A stretch of 64,000 nt of DNA from a bacterium (GTDB taxonomy: Bacteria > Patescibacteriota > Minisyncoccia > Minisyncoccales > JAGLPU01), in NCBI GenBank assembly GCA_030635055.1, contig DAOVZN010000002.1, positions 17,481 through 81,480 of the forward strand, written 5' to 3'. A program made the translations under genes and the position numbers. Position 1 is the first letter of the stretch; every line of letters starts with the position of its first letter. Positions 57,648 to 64,000 of the stretch are shown here, one piece after another. The notes beneath the pieces were generated by a model that was not told the origin of the DNA, did no database searches, and saw only the letters and a list, made by a program, of their open reading frames with translations.

Positions 57648-58373
57648 TTATTTTAATGTTTCGGCTTCCAGAACTTTTTCTTTAGTGCCGTCAAAATTTA
57701 AAAAGAATACAGTAAAAACCACTACAAAATAGGCTGCAACTATATCTATAGAAGTATTTACTGCCATATTAGAAAGCCAATGTTCCGGCAATAAGAATAT
57801 ATATAAAAAGCCAACCAACATGCCAGCTAAAAAAGACAAGAGACTTAAAGCCAAGCAATACCATAATACTGTCCACCATCTGCCCTGAACAATGCTCTTG
57901 CTGTAGTCTAAAGCCTTTTTCCCTGATTTATCGCATAAAACCACGGCATACAAAACAAATGTCCAATAGACAGCATAAATTATCCCTGGAACTATTAAAA
58001 GTAAAGTCAGACCCAGCAAAAATATGCCCATCATAATATTGGTGCCTATTGCTGTTGTCCATTTTGACAGCGCTTTTCCCAATGCTTGCTGAAAATCAAT
58101 TTGTCTGCCATCTGTTCTGGATTTCACGATATAAGCAATTGCCATAACCGCGATTATTCCAATAAGCCCCTCTAATATCTGTACGATTCTTGCATAGTTT
58201 TCAGAACTTCCGAGAAACTCTCCTTCCGGAACAAATAATAGAACAATATTAATTGGAATATAAACCAGTAGGACAACAATTAAAATTGTCTTAAAATTCT
58301 CCTTGAATATTTTCCAAGCCTCAGAGAGTATTTCACTGATAGAATATTCTTTTTTATAAATTGTTTCTTCCAT
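57648..58373 (-). CDS. Hypothetical integral membrane protein
   Basis: Five to six TM segments; LLIVPGI...ALDYSKSIVQGRWW pattern. Confidence 0.75.
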   Translation of the reverse strand: MEETIYKKEYSISEILSEAWKIFKENFKTILIVVLLVYIPINIVLLFVPEGEFLGSSENYARIVQILEGLIGIIAVMAIAYIVKSRTDGRQIDFQQALGKALSKWTTAIGTNIMMGIFLLGLTLLLIVPGIIYAVYWTFVLYAVVLCDKSGKKALDYSKSIVQGRWWTVLWYCLALSLLSFLAGMLVGFLYIFLLPEHWLSNMAVNTSIDIVAAYFVVVFTVFFLNFDGTKEKVLEAETLK

Positions 58374-58378
58374 ATTAT

Positions 58379-58714
58379 TTAAGTTAGCTTAAGGCCGTTT
58401 AGAACTTTTTGTTCCGGTACAGCCAAGACAACATTATTATTATTTAAAACAAAGCCTGTTGTAAGAACTTCTGAAACAAAGTTCGCAATCTGTTTGGGCG
58501 GAAAATTGACCACGCAAATAACCTGCTTACTTAGTAAGTCTTCTTGAGAGTATAACTCTGTAATTTGAGCGCTTGATTGCTTGATTCCCAGCTCGCCCAA
58601 ATCTATCCAGAGCTTATAAGCCGGTTTTCTGGCTTCGGGGAAGTCTTCCATCTTAATCACAGTCCCCACTCTAATATCCACCCTAGCAAAATCATCCCAA
58701 GTTATCTGTTCCAT
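58379..58714 (-). CDS. csaA: CsaA-type tRNA-binding/chaperone OB-fold protein
   Basis: [34 protein letters not shown]. Confidence 0.88.
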   Translation of the reverse strand: MEQITWDDFARVDIRVGTVIKMEDFPEARKPAYKLWIDLGELGIKQSSAQITELYSQEDLLSKQVICVVNFPPKQIANFVSEVLTTGFVLNNNNVVLAVPEQKVLNGLKLT

Positions 58715-58757
58715 AATTTATCTTATCATTTTACGCCTTAAATTCAAGCATCATGGT

Positions 58758-59051
58758 TCAACAAGGTTTTGTCTGGCCGCCAATTTTTTGAAAAACTTCA
58801 TAAAAGTTAACAAAAGACTTTTCCACGCATTTTTCGTCTTTTATTATCATTCCTGGAACTTTCAGTCCCAAAGTGCTAAAAGCCATAGCTATCCTGTGAT
58901 CGTTGTAGCCTTCTATTTCCGCTCCGCGGAGTTGTAAACCGCCTTGGACACCAAGGCCGGCTGTAAAAAGAACTCTTAAGGTGTGGCTTTTTGATGGCGG
59001 AGCTTCTATTTTTGCTTGTACTTGATGAGATAAAGATAAAATTTCTATCAT
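58758..59051 (-). pseudogene. aroA: EPSP synthase remnant with a large in-frame internal deletion
   Basis: N-terminal PPSKS motif joined directly to the C-terminal DHRIAMA...VEKSFVNF; 97 aa against ~430 aa for AroA. Confidence 0.85.
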
Positions 59052-60127
59052 GTTATAAACCCTCCTTGCATTCCCAGATCAGCCAAGACAACGGCTGTGA
59101 TCGACTCCACCACCGGAACTGCTCTGGAAACTATGCAAGGATCGTGTCTTCCTTCAGTTTTTAATATTTCTTTGCTCTTTGTTTCTAAATTTATTGTTTC
59201 CTGGGGCAGGGAAATAGAAGAAGTCGACTTGATCACTACCCTGAAGACAATAGGCATGCCATTGAAGATCCCCCCGAGAATTCCCCCGCAGTTGTTGGTC
59301 TTGGTAATAATCTTTTCCCTCTCTAAAGAAAACTCATCGTTATTTTTCGAACCCTTAAGCTCAACCATTTTAAATCCCAAGCCAAACTCTATCCCCTTGA
59401 TCGCTGGAATAGAAAAGATAGCTTTGGACAGCTCGCTTTCCAAACTGTCGCAAATAGGCTCGCCAAAGCCTACGGGCACATTCAAAGCCAAACATTCTAT
59501 AATACCTCCCACACTATCTCCTTGTTCTTTTACTTCTAAGATCAATTCTTCCATTTTTTCGGCCGCTGTCAGATCAGCGCATCTGACCAAGGTTTTTTCC
59601 TTGTTCTCCCTAATCTCTTCGACTGGCATTTCTCTTGCTTTTATTTTCCCTATCTGGATCGTCTGGGCCAAGATCTCAATATTGCTTTTTTTTAAGATCT
59701 CTTTGGCCACGACTCCGGCCATTACATAGCTTAAAGTCAGCCTTCCGGAAAATATGCCTCCTCCTCTCCAGTCATTGGATCCATGATACTTAAAAAAAGC
59801 GGGCATATCTGAATGACCCGGCCGAGGCAGCCTTTTTATTACTTCATATTTTGAGGAATCAATGTCCTTATTAAAAACCATCAAGCAAATAGGAGCGCCG
59901 GTAGTAACTCCATTAAGTGATCCTGACAAAACTTCAACTCTGTCTTGTTCTTTCCTTTGAGTGGTTAAAGCACTTTGTCCGGGCTTTCTTTTATTAACTT
60001 CTTTTTGGATCTCATTTAGATCAAGCTTCAGTCCGGCTGGGCAGCCTTCAATGATCACTCCGACACATTTTCCATGGCTTTCCCCGAAAGTGGTGATCTT
60101 AAAGTTTTTTCCCAAAGTGTTGGCCAT
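59048..60127 (-). CDS. aroC: Chorismate synthase, possibly decaying
   Basis: TFGESHG, RPGHSD, GGIFSGR, GRHDPCIV. Confidence 0.92.
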   Translation of the reverse strand: MANTLGKNFKITTFGESHGKCVGVIIEGCPAGLKLDLNEIQKEVNKRKPGQSALTTQRKEQDRVEVLSGSLNGVTTGAPICLMVFNKDIDSSKYEVIKRLPRPGHSDMPAFFKYHGSNDWRGGGIFSGRLTLSYVMAGVVAKEILKKSNIEILAQTIQIGKIKAREMPVEEIRENKEKTLVRCADLTAAEKMEELILEVKEQGDSVGGIIECLALNVPVGFGEPICDSLESELSKAIFSIPAIKGIEFGLGFKMVELKGSKNNDEFSLEREKIITKTNNCGGILGGIFNGMPIVFRVVIKSTSSISLPQETINLETKSKEILKTEGRHDPCIVSRAVPVVESITAVVLADLGMQGGFIT

Positions 60128-60163
60128 TGTATATTTTAATAGATATTTAAAGTTTTTATTGCC

Positions 60164-60805
60164 CTATAATTCTAATATATCCTCATGGCTTGATACAAGA
60201 CAATCCGCGCCGGCATTGATCAGGTCTTCTTTTAATCCATAACCATAAAGAACTCCAACTGAACTAATTCCCGCTTCTTTAGCTCCGAGAATATCATATT
60301 TTGTGTCGCCTACCATTATATACTTTTCTTTGTTAGGTTCGTTAAACCTTTTTATGCACTCGCCGATTATTTCCTTTTTGCCAAAAAACTGGCCGTTTAA
60401 ATCGGAACCGATTATATGCTCAAAATAATGAGATAAATCAAAATGGTCCAAGATTTGATCCGCGAATACTGTCGGCTTTAAAGTAGCCACTGCGAGCTTC
60501 TTTCCTTTTTCCTTTAACGCTGTGAGCGTTTTATCAATATTGGAATATGGAGAATTATCAAACATTCCTTTTTCTTTAAAATGTTCATGATAATACTTAA
60601 TTGCTAATTTTAAATCTTTTTCGGAAAACCCATACCATACCATAAGCGATTCACGGAATGATGGTCCTATAAACTTAGTCAACTCATCTAAATCAGCAAC
60701 TTCTATTCCAAACTTTGATAATGAATATTGAATGGATTTTGTAACTCCAGGCTTTGAATCTGTTAATGTGCCATCCAAATCAAATAAAATGTAGTCTGGC
60801 ATCAT
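60164..60805 (-). CDS. HAD-family phosphatase
   Basis: FDLDGTLTDS, VAT, MVGDTKYDILGA. Confidence 0.9.
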   Translation of the reverse strand: MMPDYILFDLDGTLTDSKPGVTKSIQYSLSKFGIEVADLDELTKFIGPSFRESLMVWYGFSEKDLKLAIKYYHEHFKEKGMFDNSPYSNIDKTLTALKEKGKKLAVATLKPTVFADQILDHFDLSHYFEHIIGSDLNGQFFGKKEIIGECIKRFNEPNKEKYIMVGDTKYDILGAKEAGISSVGVLYGYGLKEDLINAGADCLVSSHEDILEL

Positions 60806-60818
60806 AATTTAAAACTTC

Positions 60819-61145
60819 TTAACGAATAACGCTTCCCGGAGGAACTTCTGTTTCCGGTTGTAAAAGAATCGGCTTATCATCAGCTATTGCCACCATAACC
60901 ATTCCTTGGCTTTCATATCCTCTGATCTTTCTCGGCTCAATATTCACCAAAATCGGCATTTCTTTACCAACTAACACGGAAGGGTCTGGGAAAGCTTCTG
61001 CTATCCCGGCCAGAATTTGACGTTCTTCCATTCCCAGATCAAAAACAAACTTAATCAGTTTATCTGCATCAGGAACTTTTTCAGCAGAGATTACTTTGCC
61101 AATTTTAATTTCAAGTTTTTTAAAATCATCAAATATAATTGTCAT
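60819..61145 (-). CDS. tRNA-binding domain protein (Trbp111/MetG C-terminal-like)
   Basis: FKKLEIKIGKV, ADKL, RQILAGI, ESQGM. Confidence 0.88.
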   Translation of the reverse strand: MTIIFDDFKKLEIKIGKVISAEKVPDADKLIKFVFDLGMEERQILAGIAEAFPDPSVLVGKEMPILVNIEPRKIRGYESQGMVMVAIADDKPILLQPETEVPPGSVIR

Positions 61146-61154
61146 AAATTTAGC

Positions 61155-61565
61155 TTAATGATCATTAGGATCATATAATTTAATAAACTCTTGCACGCTG
61201 CGATAAATATCTTTTTGGCCGGCCTCTTCTTTGGTGAAAAACTTTGTTTCGACACACTCTCTTGATGGAGTAAAGTTCAGATCTTTAAGACGGGTTAAAT
61301 AGATCACATTTGAAACCCAAATTCCGCTCATACCTACCGCAGTCAGAAAGTATGCCGGTTTTTCGGTAATAAAAGTGGTTTGAATTCCCATCTCTTCCAT
61401 AATTTCTCTCTTCGGGCATTCTTGAGGTTTTTCCTTAAATTCCATGCCGCCGGCGGGAAGCTCCCAAAAACCATTGTCTTCTTTGGTCAATAAGAACCTT
61501 TTCTCTTTATCAAGGACAAGAGCTTTAATGTTTATCCTGTAAAAACAATTTGGCGTATTGCCCAT
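61155..61565 (-). CDS. NUDIX hydrolase
   Basis: WELPAGGMEFKE...REIMEEMGI Nudix box. Confidence 0.85.
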   Translation of the reverse strand: MGNTPNCFYRINIKALVLDKEKRFLLTKEDNGFWELPAGGMEFKEKPQECPKREIMEEMGIQTTFITEKPAYFLTAVGMSGIWVSNVIYLTRLKDLNFTPSRECVETKFFTKEEAGQKDIYRSVQEFIKLYDPNDH

Positions 61566-61567
61566 AG

Positions 61568-62230
61568 TTAAACTTCAACACTTTCTCTAATTTTTAAAAA
61601 TTTAAAGTTTAAACCCTGGTTTTTGAAGTCTTTCTCTACTTGTTTGAAATCAGCAGGATGTTTCGGATGGTCATAATGCACCGGAATAATTAATTGTGCG
61701 CCTGTTTCTTTGGCAAAAAAGGAAGCTGCAAAAGGATCCATAACTAACCCATGGCCGCAAACAGGAGCTATTAATATATCACATTTATAATCATTATCAA
61801 AACAAATTGTATCTCCGGTAAAATATATTCTTTTTTCTCCATCGTCTATAATATAGCCTATATTCTCCTTGATTTCTTTCCCGCCCTTCAGGTAGGGTAA
61901 AAATCCATGCACCGCTTTAACTACTTCAATTTCAATATCGCCAAAAGTTAAAACATCATCAACTTTGATTATCTTTGGAGAAAGTTCCGAGTAAGCTTCA
62001 GCAACTTCTTTAGTTGTATGGAACTGTGTTTTTGGATCTTTCGCGATCTCCTTGATAGCAGCAACATGACAATGGTCTTCATGTTTATGAGTGACCAAAA
62101 GAACATCAATGTTATTCCATTCGTTATCGGGATATGATTCTTCATATTGAAGACATCCCGGATCAATAAGAATCCTTTTATTGTTTGTTTCAATTAAAAT
62201 ACATGATTGAGCAAAACGGGTAATTTTCAT
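61568..62230 (-). CDS. Metallo-beta-lactamase-fold hydrolase
   Basis: ILIDPG, THKHEDH, YFTGDT, IPVHYD. Confidence 0.88.
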   Translation of the reverse strand: MKITRFAQSCILIETNNKRILIDPGCLQYEESYPDNEWNNIDVLLVTHKHEDHCHVAAIKEIAKDPKTQFHTTKEVAEAYSELSPKIIKVDDVLTFGDIEIEVVKAVHGFLPYLKGGKEIKENIGYIIDDGEKRIYFTGDTICFDNDYKCDILIAPVCGHGLVMDPFAASFFAKETGAQLIIPVHYDHPKHPADFKQVEKDFKNQGLNFKFLKIRESVEV

Positions 62231-62234
62231 AATC

Positions 62235-62579
62235 TTATTTTCTAATAATAAATGATTCAAAATACTTTTCTTGAAATTCTGTCATCGCTCTTATTTGATC
62301 GTCCGTATATGAAATTCCTTCTGGCACCACGATGAGCTTATCGTCTTCGTCATTGGTTCTGTGTATCACGGCAATACATTTTCCGGTGAATTCCTTAAGC
62401 GGTCCAAGAGCTCCCAGCACATATGCATCTAAATCATCTCCATCCGGAGCTGGAACCCCAGGAATGTATCCATAGTTTTGGATATAATAGAGATTAGGAA
62501 ATTCTGGATGCCGTGTTCCCATGGGCCTATCCATTTTAACTGTAACTATTTTGTCTAAAAATTGGGTTGAATAACTCAT
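62235..62579 (-). CDS. Short family-I inorganic pyrophosphatase
   Basis: NYGYIPG, DGDDLDAYVL, DDKL. Confidence 0.85.
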   Translation of the reverse strand: MSYSTQFLDKIVTVKMDRPMGTRHPEFPNLYYIQNYGYIPGVPAPDGDDLDAYVLGALGPLKEFTGKCIAVIHRTNDEDDKLIVVPEGISYTDDQIRAMTEFQEKYFESFIIRK

Positions 62580-62648
62580 ATGTTGAAAATAAATTAAAGA
62601 ATAATTATAATATTGTGTTTAAAAAGCATTATTTTGCCTAATTCTTTT

Positions 62649-63050
62649 TTACTGAATTTTACTTAAATCATTATTAAGAACAATTGGCTTCATAGCTTCA
62701 ATTTCATCAGAATAACTCATTTGCGGGATAGGATTAAGCAAGAATACTTTTTTATCCAAGACATGAGCAAAAGCCATCTCAATTAGACCATTTCCACCAA
62801 CATAATTCTTGATGTTATCCTTGTCTTTGTTGATAATCAAAATTGCATCAGTTTTTTTGATCTTTTTAAAATAAGCGGAAATAACATCAAGCTCTATTTT
62901 TTCCCATTTGTTTTCAGCATCAATAGTGCCATTGGCATATTTATCCGTATTAGTGGGAACTATAACAATATGATTTTGCTCTTCTAATTTCTGCTTGATC
63001 TCAAGCATTTCTTTGGCAAAAGCCATACTTCCACAAATTACAATTTCCAT
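62649..63050 (-). CDS. Nucleoside deoxyribosyltransferase-like hypothetical protein
   Basis: ICGSM, IKKTDAILIIN, YVGGNGLIEMAFA. Confidence 0.65.
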   Translation of the reverse strand: MEIVICGSMAFAKEMLEIKQKLEEQNHIVIVPTNTDKYANGTIDAENKWEKIELDVISAYFKKIKKTDAILIINKDKDNIKNYVGGNGLIEMAFAHVLDKKVFLLNPIPQMSYSDEIEAMKPIVLNNDLSKIQ

Positions 63051-63074
63051 AATATTGAATTATAAATTAATAAG

Positions 63075-63449
63075 CTACCGAGCAGCAACGGCCTCTATTT
63101 CTATTTCCACTCCCTTGGGTAAGGCGGCTGCTTGAATCACTGCTCTGGCCGGCGGTTCGGTTTCAAAGTATTGGCCGTATATCTTATTAACTGTTTGAAA
63201 ATTGTTAATGTCAGTTAAATAAATAGTGGCCTTCACTATATTGTCCAGTTCCAACCCGGCAGACTGAAGAATCGCTTTTAAGTTCTCCATTACTTGCTTG
63301 GTTTGTTCGCTGATATCCTCCTCAACTAAATTGCCTTCCGAAGTTAAAGGGATCTGGCCGGAACAGAAAACAAGGTTTCCTGTTTCTATGGCTTGCGAAT
63401 AAGGGCCGATGGCCTGAGGAGCTTTGTCTGTAGATATTATCTTCTTCAT
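63075..63449 (-). CDS. ridA: RidA/YjgF enamine deaminase
   Basis: APQAIGPYSQA, SGQIP, PPAR, LPKGVEIEIEA. Confidence 0.93.
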   Translation of the reverse strand: MKKIISTDKAPQAIGPYSQAIETGNLVFCSGQIPLTSEGNLVEEDISEQTKQVMENLKAILQSAGLELDNIVKATIYLTDINNFQTVNKIYGQYFETEPPARAVIQAAALPKGVEIEIEAVAAR

Positions 63450-63456
63450 ATTTGTA

Positions 63457-64000
63457 TTATAGCACTATGTATCCTTTTTTGACCAACAGCTCCGCTCCCA
63501 GAATTGCTCCTCCAGCAGCGCCTCTTATCGTATTATGACTTAAGCAGGCAAATCGATAATCAAAAACATTACACTCTCTTAATCGACCGACCGTGGCGGC
63601 CATGCCTTTGCCATTGTAGCGGTCTTTTCTCGGCTGGGGACGATTAGACTCTTCATTGTAAAGAATTGGGGGCTGGGGAGCAAAAGGCAGATCCAGTTCC
63701 TGGGGTTCTGATTTGAAATTCTGCCAGATTTCCAGAACTTCTTCTTTGCTCGGCTTTTTGTTTCCGAATAAAACACTGACACAGGCTAAGTGTCCGTCAG
63801 TAACAGCCACTCGGTTGCAGTGGGCGGAGATCTGCAGCTCTTTGAAGTCCACAAATTCTTTGTTCTCAATCTTCCCCAATATCTTTAAAGGTTCCAGTTC
63901 TGTTTTCTCCTCTTCCCCGCCAATGTAGGGATTAACATTATCAACAACGTCCAAGCTGGACACTCCGGGATATCCTCCCCCGGAAACAGCCTGCAAGGTG
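63457..64000 (-). CDS. asd: Aspartate-semialdehyde dehydrogenase, archaeal-like type (5' part outside the window)
   Basis: [47 protein letters not shown]. Confidence 0.9.
   Translation of the reverse strand, partial: TLQAVSGGGYPGVSSLDVVDNVNPYIGGEEEKTELEPLKILGKIENKEFVDFKELQISAHCNRVAVTDGHLACVSVLFGNKKPSKEEVLEIWQNFKSEPQELDLPFAPQPPILYNEESNRPQPRKDRYNGKGMAATVGRLRECNVFDYRFACLSHNTIRGAAGGAILGAELLVKKGYIVL

Noticed and set aside
59097-59729. 210-aa plus-strand ORF and similar antisense ORFs across the window
   Set aside because: They fully overlap well-supported minus-strand genes and have no recognisable motifs.
1-64000. Alternative genetic code (UGA=Gly as in Gracilibacteria/Absconditabacteria)
   Set aside because: Conserved genes are full length under code 11, and TGA ends secF, murB and aroC at expected positions.

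Overview
This is a 64-kb chromosomal segment of an AT-rich bacterium using standard code 11. Gene content and 16S signatures point to Patescibacteria/CPR, most likely Parcubacteria (inference). Almost all genes are on the minus strand. Left to right: a giant (>1813 aa, runs off the left edge, absent from the ORF track) membrane-anchored protein with two N-terminal HTH repeats; a stand-alone 16S rRNA gene; tRNA-Thr; tsf, rpsB, rpmE, prfA, rplY; a central-carbon cluster (fba, fbp, ppsA, acs, gap, ROK kinase); two tRNAs; ftsB-like, lepA, murJ, RNase P RNA, rnhA, recJ-like, pgk; a VirB4/VirD4-like ATPase pair; secF, secD, secA, hpf, murB, rodA, ligA; a type IV pilus/competence locus without pilQ; and a block of small enzymes with a deleted aroA. 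The strongest signals are non-coding. (1) The 16S 3' end has no anti-Shine-Dalgarno (GGAUCAUUA instead of GGAUCACCUCC), and many first genes of operons have a -35/-10 promoter 5-7 nt from the ATG, suggesting leaderless mRNAs. (2) Against that background, two tandem mini-cassettes at 24.8-25.4 kb share a promoter, covarying hairpin, boxA-like motif and SD-like GAGGT ahead of small hydrophobic ORFs. (3) A ~177-bp palindromic repeat family has two full copies and one remnant. (4) Two candidate mutually complementary small RNAs lie between rodA and murB. All calls were made by eye, with no database searches.
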